A stretch of 27,353 bases of DNA from the NCBI GenBank assembly GCA_031364845.1, contig JANLWX010000072.1, positions 1 through 27,353 on the forward strand, in the 5' to 3' direction. Every line of letters begins with the position of its first letter. Positions within the stretch are counted from its first letter, which is position 1. Shown here piece by piece: positions 16,988-24,700 of this stretch. The notes under the pieces are model-generated. The model ran no database searches. It saw only the letters and a program-made list of their open reading frames with translations, and was not told the origin of the DNA. The position numbers were made by a program, and so were the translations under genes. The stretch is from Candidatus Eiseniibacteriota bacterium (GTDB taxonomy: Bacteria; Eisenbacteria; RBG-16-71-46).

Positions 16988-18511
16988 CTATGCGAGACCG
17001 CGATCGTGCTTGGATACGACTTTGTCGACCTGCTTGCCGATCATGAACATGATCAGCCCCGCACCCATGCCGAGCATTGCGAGCATCGTGAAGAACTGCC
17101 CGCGCGGGATCTTCTCGTAGAACGTGCCCAGATAGCCCGACAGGTAGTTGCCGAGGAAGTTCGCGAGGAACCACACCCCCATCAGCATGGACACCATGCG
17201 CGCAGGGGCGACTTTGGTCACGAACGACAGTCCAATCGGCGACAGATACAACTCACCGAGCGTGATCACGACCGTCATGCCGACGAGCCACATCACACTG
17301 CGTTGAGCGTCGGGCGCCATGCCCTGGGTCGCCAGGACCATGACCATGAACGACAGCCCGACCGTGAAGCAGCCCATCGCCATCTTCGTCACGCTCGAAG
17401 GCTCTTGATTCCGCTTCGCCTGCCACGCCCAGAAGATCGTGAGCAGCGGCGCGAACATGAAGATCATCGCCGGATTGAACGCCTGATACCAGGTCGAGGG
17501 CATGGTCCAGCCGAAGAAGTTCCAGTTCGTGTTCTGATCCGCCCACAACTGCATGGTGTTGCCCTGCTGCTCGTAGACTCCCCAGAACACGACATTGAGG
17601 CCACACAGCACGAACAGCGCGATGACGCGCGGACGCTCGTCGGCGGGAAGCTTCGCCAACCAGACGATCATCGTCGCGATGACGGCAGCCGCGACGCCGA
17701 TCTTGAGGAATGCGGGCAGCAACAGCGAGCTGAACAGCAGCGTGAGCAGCAGCACCATCCCCGCGATGTACATGAGGCTCGTGCTCAGCACACGTCCCGC
17801 GTTCAGAGGCTTGCGGTTCGACGGCGGCTCCTTGCCCAGGAACTTGTGTCCCCAGATATAGACGCACAGACCCAGGATCATTCCGACGCCGGCGGCGCCG
17901 AAGCCATAGTGCCAGCCGACTTTCTGTCCGAGCGTGCCACACACCAGCGGCGCGAAGAACGCACCCAGGTTGATGCCCATGTAGAAGATCGTGAATGCGC
18001 CGTCGCGGCGCGAATCGCCCTGCGCGTAGAGGCTGCCGACCTGGGTCGAAATGTTCGGCTTGAACGCGCCGTTGCCGAGGATCAGAAGCATGAGCGCGAG
18101 GAAGAAGCTCTGTTCGAACGCCATCATGAAGTGACCGGCCGCCATCAGCAGACCGCCGAGAATCACCGACTTGCGCTGACCCAGAATGCGGTCCGCGAGC
18201 ATGCCGCCGAAGAACGGTGTGAGGTAGACGAACCCCGTGTAGAACCCGTAGATCTGAGACGACAGCGGCTGGGCGGCCAGTGGCCCGAACGCCGACTCGA
18301 TCGCACCACGGATCGCCGTGAACCCGAGCACCCGCTGGCCCAGCTCGGGATTCACAAGCAGATGGTTCACCATGTAGAGCACGAGCAGCGAGCGCATTCC
18401 GTAATACGAGAAGCGCTCCCACATCTCGGTGAAGAACAGGATGAACAGACCCTTGGGATGACCCATCCAGGTTCCGGTGCTGGGAGCGGCCACGGCGGTT
18501 GCTGCCATCAT
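16988..18511 (-). CDS. Proton-dependent oligopeptide transporter (POT/PTR family, MFS)
   Basis: EMWERFSYYG (ExxERFxYY), GGMLADRILG, FKPN, FYMGINLG and GELYLSPIG motifs; GAGGAG upstream (start 18511 or 18508). Confidence 0.97.
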   Translation of the reverse strand: MMAATAVAAPSTGTWMGHPKGLFILFFTEMWERFSYYGMRSLLVLYMVNHLLVNPELGQRVLGFTAIRGAIESAFGPLAAQPLSSQIYGFYTGFVYLTPFFGGMLADRILGQRKSVILGGLLMAAGHFMMAFEQSFFLALMLLILGNGAFKPNISTQVGSLYAQGDSRRDGAFTIFYMGINLGAFFAPLVCGTLGQKVGWHYGFGAAGVGMILGLCVYIWGHKFLGKEPPSNRKPLNAGRVLSTSLMYIAGMVLLLTLLFSSLLLPAFLKIGVAAAVIATMIVWLAKLPADERPRVIALFVLCGLNVVFWGVYEQQGNTMQLWADQNTNWNFFGWTMPSTWYQAFNPAMIFMFAPLLTIFWAWQAKRNQEPSSVTKMAMGCFTVGLSFMVMVLATQGMAPDAQRSVMWLVGMTVVITLGELYLSPIGLSFVTKVAPARMVSMLMGVWFLANFLGNYLSGYLGTFYEKIPRGQFFTMLAMLGMGAGLIMFMIGKQVDKVVSKHDRGLA

Positions 18512-18689
18512 CTCTCCTCTCGGGCCACCGGATTCGGTGGCGTGGGACTCATCCAGGTCGATGACCGATCGGCGACACTAACCCATGATTCGTGCCTGCC
18601 GCCACGGCGAACGACGGCCGCGACCAATCAGGCGGCGGGCGGGGATGAACGCCGGAGCAGCAATCTCGCCGCTGGGCGGGTGCCGCGGT

Positions 18690-19568
18690 TTATGGTTTCG
18701 CGGGCAGCAGCGCGAAGCGTTGCTTCACCTGATCGAGCGAAAGCTGCATCGCCTCGAAGCGCGCGGCGTCGGGCGATCCGGCCGCGAACGGCTGCGATTG
18801 CGGCAGGCCGGCGAGCCACACGCGTTCGCCGCGCTCGGCGAGCAGGTCGCCCGGGGGCGGACCTGCCTCGGCCTTCATCGCCATCCAGCGCGCGCGATCC
18901 ATCACGACCACCGCCACGAGGATTTCCGAACGCGTGCCCGCGGTGACCGGACGGCACGCGAACTCGACGACCGTGCTCGCGCCCCCGCGCCGCTCGGCCT
19001 CTTTGCCTTCGTGGAGCGCGACGTCCCAGTGGTCGTTCCACGCCGGCGGAATCCGCAACGCGAAGCCGGCGCCCGTCCACACCGAGCGCTGTTCGGCGCA
19101 CCCGGTGAACGTCTGCTGGTCGAGCTTGAGCGTGGCCTTGTACGGATACACGCGATCCGACATGCCATCGCCGCAGGTCATGCTCTCGATCGACAGATCG
19201 AGCGACGCGGGCGTCCCGGTGCGCGCGGTCTGCCAGCGGATCGTGTTGCCCGAGCGCTCGCGAGCCGCGGGCGGAAAGTGGACGCCTTCCAGATGCTCGG
19301 GCGTCCGCCACACGATCGAGTCGGGCATGATGCTGACGTTCCAGAACGGCTCGTTCCCGAGCGCCACCCATTCGGTGATCACGAGGCCGGGACGCGTGGC
19401 GGCGGGCGAAGGCGTGGGGCGCGACGACACGGAGTCGGACGCAACGCTGTGTTCGTCGGCGACGCGGCGCGTGCACCCTGCGAGCGAAAGGAGCATGAGG
19501 CACGCGGCAAAGACACCGCACACGAGCGACGAGCGGTCGCGCCATCGGAACTTCGTCGTGGGATTCAT
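18690..19568 (-). CDS. Putative lipoprotein with GNEPFW / CxDGMSD domain (COG3650-like) and an unrecognised C-terminal domain
   Basis: Signal peptide ending LSLAGC (lipobox), Ser/Pro linker, ALGNEPFW, CGDGMSDRVYPY and FTGCA motifs. Confidence 0.8.
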   Translation of the reverse strand: MNPTTKFRWRDRSSLVCGVFAACLMLLSLAGCTRRVADEHSVASDSVSSRPTPSPAATRPGLVITEWVALGNEPFWNVSIMPDSIVWRTPEHLEGVHFPPAARERSGNTIRWQTARTGTPASLDLSIESMTCGDGMSDRVYPYKATLKLDQQTFTGCAEQRSVWTGAGFALRIPPAWNDHWDVALHEGKEAERRGGASTVVEFACRPVTAGTRSEILVAVVVMDRARWMAMKAEAGPPPGDLLAERGERVWLAGLPQSQPFAAGSPDAARFEAMQLSLDQVKQRFALLPAKP

Positions 19569-19592
19569 GCCGCGCACCCTACACGATGGGCG

Positions 19593-19606
19593 CGCTGCGC
19601 GGCCAC
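19593..19606 (+). repeat. Left copy of a 14-bp imperfect direct repeat flanking the HNH gene
   Basis: CGCTGCGCGGCCAC matches CGCTGAGCGGCCAC at 21271-21284 at 13/14 positions. Confidence 0.45.
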
Positions 19607-19881
19607 GTGGCGCGGTACCCGTCGGCTGACGGTCGCAGAATCTACTTGACGCCCCGCACGCCTCGCTCATCGACGCCCCGCCGGGCAACTGCCGGGCGCG
19701 CGGAATTCTGCGCAGGTTGCGCGCTCATCGCTCTGCGTGGGCCGCGACAGCATCGTTTTCGTGTCGGTTGTCATCACGCAATCCCGGGCATTCCTGAGTC
19801 TCAAAATACCTCGTGATATGAATACTCACGTCATTCATCGCCCCCGCGACCGGATGTTGCGTCTGCACGCGCGGAGGAGCC

Positions 19882-21276
19882 ATGAATCCGTACGCCCTAT
19901 CTCATCTCGCCGATCACGACCTCAAGCAGGGTCTCGCCGCATTCGTCGGCAAGGACTCGAGAACCACGGCCCACCTCCTCGCCCACATTGCTGAGTTCGA
20001 TGAGCGGCGGCTGTTCGCGCCCGCCGCTCATCCGTCGATGCACTCGTACTGCGTGCACGTGCTGGGGCTGTCGGCGGACGCCGCGAATAAGCGGATTCGC
20101 GTGGCGCGCAAGGCGCGGGAGTATCCGGCCATCTTCCCCGCTGTGGCCGAGGGACGACTTCACCTGAGCGGGGCGGCCATGCTTGCCTCCCACCTGACGT
20201 TGGAGAACGTGGACGAACTGCTGACGGCGGCCGCACACAAGACGAACGACGAAATCGAAGCGGTGATCGCACAGCACTTTCCCAGGCAGGACGCTCCGAC
20301 GCGGATCACCCCGGTCTCTGCGTCACCCGAACTGCTGCAAGGCTCCTTTCCCCCCGAAGCATCTACGAACCAACTGGCCGCACGGCCAGTTGAAACGTCC
20401 CATCCGCGAGTGACGCCGCTCGCACCCGAACGCTTTTGTGTTCAGTTCACGATGCGCCAGGAGATGTTCACCAAACTTCGCTACGCGCAATCCTTGCTCG
20501 GTCATCAGGTCTCTTCCGGCGACCTGCCCGAATTGCTCGAACGGGCTTTGGACGCCCTTATCGCGAAGCTCGAGAAGACGAAGTTCGCCGCGACCGACCG
20601 GCCGCGTGCAGCACGGCCACGCACGTCGACGAATCCCCGTTATGTTCCTGCGCACGTCAGGCGCGCGGTCAACGAACGTGACGGTGGACAATGCACGTTC
20701 GTGAGCGCGGACGGCGCTCGTTGTCCCGAGCGCTCATCGCTGGAATTCGACCACATCCTCGAAGTCGCGCGCGGCGGCGAAGCGAGCGTAGACGGGTTGC
20801 GTCTTCGGTGTCGACCGCATAACCAGTATGAAGCCGAACGCACGTTCGGGTCGGGATTCATGAAGCGCAAGCGCGAAGAAGCGCAGAGCGCGGCTGCGGA
20901 GCGGCGTGCGACGGCGGCAGGGCAGCCCGTACCCGCAAACACAATTCCGGTCGTCGTGAAGGTCGAGCGCACCGATGATCTCCCGGCGGCCGGAGTGCAT
21001 CCCACGACGGAATCTCACTCAACGAATGAAAACCTGGCCGCCGCACAGCAAGAAGTCGAGAGTGATCTGCTGCACTGCCTCAAGGGGCTCGGGTGGCATG
21101 CCGACCAGGCGCACCTCGCCATCGAACATACTCGCGGCAATCCCGAGGCGTCGATCGAGGAACGGCGACACGCAGCAATCAGGTTTGTGGGTCTGCGCGG
21201 CCGTACCTATGCCCTGCGGCAGGCGGTCATGAATCGCTCCGTTCCGACGGGATGCGCGACTTCGGGACCCCGCTGA
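19882..21276 (+). CDS. HNH endonuclease-family protein with DUF222-like N-terminus and RuvA-C-terminal-like tail
   Basis: N-terminal SMHSYC..LGLS..A..RI..AR....P....AEGRLHLS; HNH region VRRAVNERDGGQC...RC...LEFDH...GG....LRLRCRPHN; C-terminal DLLHCLKGLGW...A..AI....ASIEER..AAI; GGAGGAG upstream. Confidence 0.85.
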   Translation: MNPYALSHLADHDLKQGLAAFVGKDSRTTAHLLAHIAEFDERRLFAPAAHPSMHSYCVHVLGLSADAANKRIRVARKAREYPAIFPAVAEGRLHLSGAAMLASHLTLENVDELLTAAAHKTNDEIEAVIAQHFPRQDAPTRITPVSASPELLQGSFPPEASTNQLAARPVETSHPRVTPLAPERFCVQFTMRQEMFTKLRYAQSLLGHQVSSGDLPELLERALDALIAKLEKTKFAATDRPRAARPRTSTNPRYVPAHVRRAVNERDGGQCTFVSADGARCPERSSLEFDHILEVARGGEASVDGLRLRCRPHNQYEAERTFGSGFMKRKREEAQSAAAERRATAAGQPVPANTIPVVVKVERTDDLPAAGVHPTTESHSTNENLAAAQQEVESDLLHCLKGLGWHADQAHLAIEHTRGNPEASIEERRHAAIRFVGLRGRTYALRQAVMNRSVPTGCATSGPR

Positions 21277-21284
21277 GCGGCCAC
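21271..21284 (+). repeat. Right copy of the 14-bp imperfect direct repeat (contains the HNH stop codon)
   Basis: CGCTGAGCGGCCAC; its TGA (21274-21276) terminates the HNH ORF. Confidence 0.45.
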
Positions 21285-21351
21285 ATCATGTGCTCCTGCA
21301 CGTCAACGCGTCCGGGTTGCCGAGCGCGTGAAGCGCTTCTATTGTCCCGCC

Positions 21352-21423
21352 ATGATCGACCTCCCGCTTTCATCGGACACAGCACCAGATGCGATCCGGC
21401 CCGCGGCGATGGAGCCGCGCTGA
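21352..21423 (+). CDS. Putative leaderless 23-aa upstream ORF overlapping the malQ start
   Basis: TATTGT (21340-21345), 6 nt, then ATG; MIDLPLSSDTAPDAIRPAAMEPR ends in a TGATG overlap with malQ. Confidence 0.4.
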   Translation: MIDLPLSSDTAPDAIRPAAMEPR

Positions 21424-22907
21424 TGGCATTCCCGCGCGCCTCCGGCATCCTGCTCCATCCCACTTCGCTGCCCGGACCCTACGGAATCGGCGACATCGGT
21501 CCCGGGTGCCTCGCGTGGATCGACTTCCTCGAACGCTCGAAGCAGAAGCTGTGGCAGGTGCTGCCGCTCGGACCGACCGGCTACGGCGACTCGCCCTACC
21601 AGTCGTTCTCGGCGTTCGCCGGCAATCCCTATCTCGTGAGCCCCGACGCGTTGTTCGCGGACGGACTGCTCACCCGCGAAGAACTCGCCGATATACCCGC
21701 GTTTCCGGTGGCGCAGGTCGACTTCGGACCGGTCATCACGTGGAAGCTGCGCACGCTCGAGCGCGCGTTCCAGCGCTTCGAGACCGTGAGCGGTCCGCTG
21801 CGCCAGGAGTTCGAAGCGTTCGCGGCCGAGCACGCGGGCTGGCTCGACGACTACGCGCTGTTCATGGCACTCAAGCAATCGTTGAACGCCGTGTGGAGCG
21901 ACTGGGACGAAGGCCTGGCACTGCGCCGCGCGCCGGAACTCGCCTCGGCGCGCAAACATCTCTCGCGCGCGATCGACGCCCAGCGCTTCCATCAATTCGT
22001 GTTCTTCCGCCAGTGGCACGTGGTGCGTGAGCACGCGCGCGCGGCGAACGTGAAGATCATCGGCGACATTCCGATCTTCGTCGCCTACGACAGCGCCGAT
22101 GTGTGGGCGCGCCGCGAGTTGTTCCTGCTCGACGAACACGGCCGCTCGACCGCGGTCGCCGGGGTGCCGCCCGACTACTTCGCGCCGACCGGACAGCTGT
22201 GGGGCAACCCGCTCTATCGGTGGGACGCGATCGCCGCCGACGGCTACGCGTGGTGGATCGAACGCTTACGCGCCACACTCGAACTGGTCGACATCGTGCG
22301 GCTCGATCACTTCCGTGGATTCGACGCGTACTGGGAGATTCCGGCGACTGCCCTCACCGCCGAGACCGGAACCTGGGTCAAAGGTCCCGGCCGCAAACTG
22401 TTCGACGCGCTGCGCGCAGCACTCGGCGATCTGCCGATCCTCGCCGAAGATCTCGGCAACATCACGCCCGAAGTGATCGCGCTGCGCGACGCGTTCGATC
22501 TGCCCGGCATGAAGATCACGCAGTTCGCGTTCGGCTCCGACGCGACCGAGCCGTTCCTCCCCCACAACTTCCCGCACAACTGCGCCGCCTACACCGGCTC
22601 GCACGACAACGACACCACCCGCGGCTGGTACGAGGCCGGCTCGACCTCGGAGGAACGCGACCTCGCGCGGCGCTACATGCGCACCGACGGCCGCGACATC
22701 GCCTGGGACCTGATCACGCTCGTGTACGCCTCGGTGGCCGACACCGCGGTGGTGCCGCTCCAGGACGTGCTCGACAAGGGTGGCGAGGCCCGCATGAACC
22801 TGCCGGGGCGCATCGCCGGCAACTGGGGCTGGCGATATGCCGAGGGCGAACTGACCGAACGCCATGCGGCGCGGCTCGCGGACCTGACGGCGCTCTACGG
22901 GCGCTGA
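21423..22907 (+). CDS. malQ: 4-alpha-glucanotransferase (amylomaltase, GH77)
   Basis: RASGILLHPTSLPG, WQVLPLGP, SPYQS, GVPPDYF..TGQLWGNP, RLDHFRG, AEDLG, YTGSHDNDT and RMNLPG motifs; GGAG at 21411-21414. Confidence 0.97.
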   Translation: MAFPRASGILLHPTSLPGPYGIGDIGPGCLAWIDFLERSKQKLWQVLPLGPTGYGDSPYQSFSAFAGNPYLVSPDALFADGLLTREELADIPAFPVAQVDFGPVITWKLRTLERAFQRFETVSGPLRQEFEAFAAEHAGWLDDYALFMALKQSLNAVWSDWDEGLALRRAPELASARKHLSRAIDAQRFHQFVFFRQWHVVREHARAANVKIIGDIPIFVAYDSADVWARRELFLLDEHGRSTAVAGVPPDYFAPTGQLWGNPLYRWDAIAADGYAWWIERLRATLELVDIVRLDHFRGFDAYWEIPATALTAETGTWVKGPGRKLFDALRAALGDLPILAEDLGNITPEVIALRDAFDLPGMKITQFAFGSDATEPFLPHNFPHNCAAYTGSHDNDTTRGWYEAGSTSEERDLARRYMRTDGRDIAWDLITLVYASVADTAVVPLQDVLDKGGEARMNLPGRIAGNWGWRYAEGELTERHAARLADLTALYGR

Positions 22908-23095
22908 GGCGCGAAACCGCGCCGAAACGCTATTCTGCCGCGCCCGTCTGCGCTAGTATCCGCTCCGTTGCGCGGGGCAGACCCATCGCCCCCTGCCATC
23001 GAATACATGGGAGCAGTGCACCGAGAGCTTCGACACCCTTGCGACCCACCATCCGGTCCACGGCCGGACCCTGCCCCGCCCTGACAGGAGGTCAC

Positions 23096-24571
23096 ATGGA
23101 ACGTCGTACTCTGAAATTCGCATTCGGCGCGATGCTGCTCATCGCCGCCACGTCGCTCTCGGGTGTTCGCGCGCCGGTACACGCCGCCGCCCCCGAAGGT
23201 TCGTCATGGCAGATCACGCCCTACGCGGGCTATGCCTTCTTCGTTGACGGCGTCACGCTGCCGGGTAACGTGCGCATCCGTATGAAGGACAACCTTCACT
23301 ACGGTGCCAAGCTCGGATGGCATCCCAATCGCCTGTTCGGACTGCAGGTCGGCGGCGGTTACACCACCACCGATCAGGATCCCGACAACGGCAACACGGT
23401 GTCGTTCATCCACACCGCAGCCGACCTCATGATCACTCCGCTCCAGGCCGAGTCGTGGGATCTGTACGGACTGGTCGGCGGCGGCTATCAGCGCTTCAAG
23501 ACCGGCGATGAAGAGCGGTTCTTCGGATCGTTCGACGCCGGCGCCGGAATGCGGCTGTGGCTGTCGCAGAACGTCGCGATCCGCGCCGAAGCCCGCAACG
23601 TGCTGCTGCTGTCGAGCTACTACCAGGCATCGAAGGACAATTACGTGCTCGTCACCGGCGGACTCACGCTCGCGATGGGCGGCACGCCCAAGGACGCGGA
23701 CGGCGACGGTATCAGCGATCGCAAGGACACCTGCCCCGACACACCGGTCGGTGCGACCGTCGATGCGAAGGGCTGCCCGAGCGACAGTGACGGCGACGGC
23801 GTGTGGGACGGCATCGACACGTGCCCGGGCACGCCCAAAGGCGCGCGCGTCGATGCGAAGGGCTGCCCGGTCGATGCCGACGCGGACGGCGTGTTCGACG
23901 GTCTCGATCAGTGCGCCGACACGCCGCGTGGCGCCAAGGTCGACGTGAACGGCTGCCCGATCGACGGCGACGGTGACGGCGTTCCCGACGGCATCGATAC
24001 GTGCCCCGACACGCCCAAGGGTGCGACCGTGGATGCGGCCGGCTGCCCGAAGGACACTGACGGCGACGGCGTGCCGGACGGCCTCGACAAGTGCGCCGAC
24101 ACCGGAGCCGGCCTGAAGGTCGACAAGGACGGCTGCCCGATCGAAGTGACCGAGCGCGAGACCGAACTGCTCGACACCGGCATGATCCGGCTCCAGGACA
24201 TCAACTTCGAGACGGCGAAGGCGGACATCAAGCCGGAGTCGTTCGCCAACCTCAACGTGGTGGGCCAGGTGCTGAGCAAGTGGCCGGAGCTGAAGATCGA
24301 GATCGACGGCCACACCGACTCGCGCGGCTCGAACGCCTACAACCAGAAGCTCAGCGAAGCGCGCGCGGGATCGGTGCAGCGGTATCTGCTCGAGAAGTTC
24401 CCGACGCTGAAGGCCGAACAGTTCACCGTGAAGGGCTACGGCGAATCGAAGCCGGTCGCGACGAACAACAACGCGCTCAACATGGCGAAGAACCGCCGCG
24501 TCGAGTTCGTGGTGCAGAACAAGGAAGTGCTCCGCAAGGAATCGGAGCGGAGGAAGCTGCTGAACAAGTAA
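23096..24571 (+). CDS. OmpA/OprF-like outer membrane protein: beta-barrel, thrombospondin type 3-like repeats, peptidoglycan-binding domain
   Basis: Signal peptide, amphipathic beta-strand region, five DxDxDG repeats, then INFET, DGHTDSRGS, YNQKLSEARA, GYGESKP and NRRVE motifs; AGGAGG before ATG 23096. Confidence 0.95.
   Translation: MERRTLKFAFGAMLLIAATSLSGVRAPVHAAAPEGSSWQITPYAGYAFFVDGVTLPGNVRIRMKDNLHYGAKLGWHPNRLFGLQVGGGYTTTDQDPDNGNTVSFIHTAADLMITPLQAESWDLYGLVGGGYQRFKTGDEERFFGSFDAGAGMRLWLSQNVAIRAEARNVLLLSSYYQASKDNYVLVTGGLTLAMGGTPKDADGDGISDRKDTCPDTPVGATVDAKGCPSDSDGDGVWDGIDTCPGTPKGARVDAKGCPVDADADGVFDGLDQCADTPRGAKVDVNGCPIDGDGDGVPDGIDTCPDTPKGATVDAAGCPKDTDGDGVPDGLDKCADTGAGLKVDKDGCPIEVTERETELLDTGMIRLQDINFETAKADIKPESFANLNVVGQVLSKWPELKIEIDGHTDSRGSNAYNQKLSEARAGSVQRYLLEKFPTLKAEQFTVKGYGESKPVATNNNALNMAKNRRVEFVVQNKEVLRKESERRKLLNK
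23693..24142 (+). repeat. Five tandem 90-nt (30-aa) coding repeats, Ca-binding TSP3-like
   Basis: Consensus DxDGDGVxDxxDxCPDTPxGAxVDxxGCPx repeated five times in frame. Confidence 0.92.
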
Positions 24572-24578
24572 CGAGGCG

Positions 24579-24657
24579 GGCGGCGCTTCGGCGCCGCTTC
24601 GTCATTCGCAACGACTTCGGGCCGGCTCCGCGATCGCGGGCCGGCCCGAAGTGTTTC
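24579..24657. terminator. Two hairpins between convergent ompA-like and S9 peptidase genes, probable terminator
   Basis: GCGGCGC-TTCG-GCGCCGC stem, then a long CTTCGGGCCGGC...GCCGGCCCGAAG stem followed by TGTTT. Confidence 0.6.
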
Positions 24658-24700
24658 GTGCTGGAGGATTGGGGTCGCGCTCGAGCGAGGCGGCCGGCGC

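Noticed and set aside
19882..21276. HNH gene as IscB/Cas9-like nuclease or restriction/defence system
   Set aside because: No RuvC or RRXRR motifs, and no methyltransferase, ATPase or array nearby.
21093..23095. Long N-terminal extensions of the malQ (from 21093) and OmpA (from 22103) ORFs
   Set aside because: They overlap other real genes and are low-information Arg/Pro-rich text; RBS-supported starts lie at 21423 and 23096.
23693..24142. Regularly spaced repeats as a possible CRISPR or non-coding array
   Set aside because: In-frame 90-nt coding repeats with synonymous variation, no unique spacers and no cas genes; a known OmpA-TSP3 architecture.
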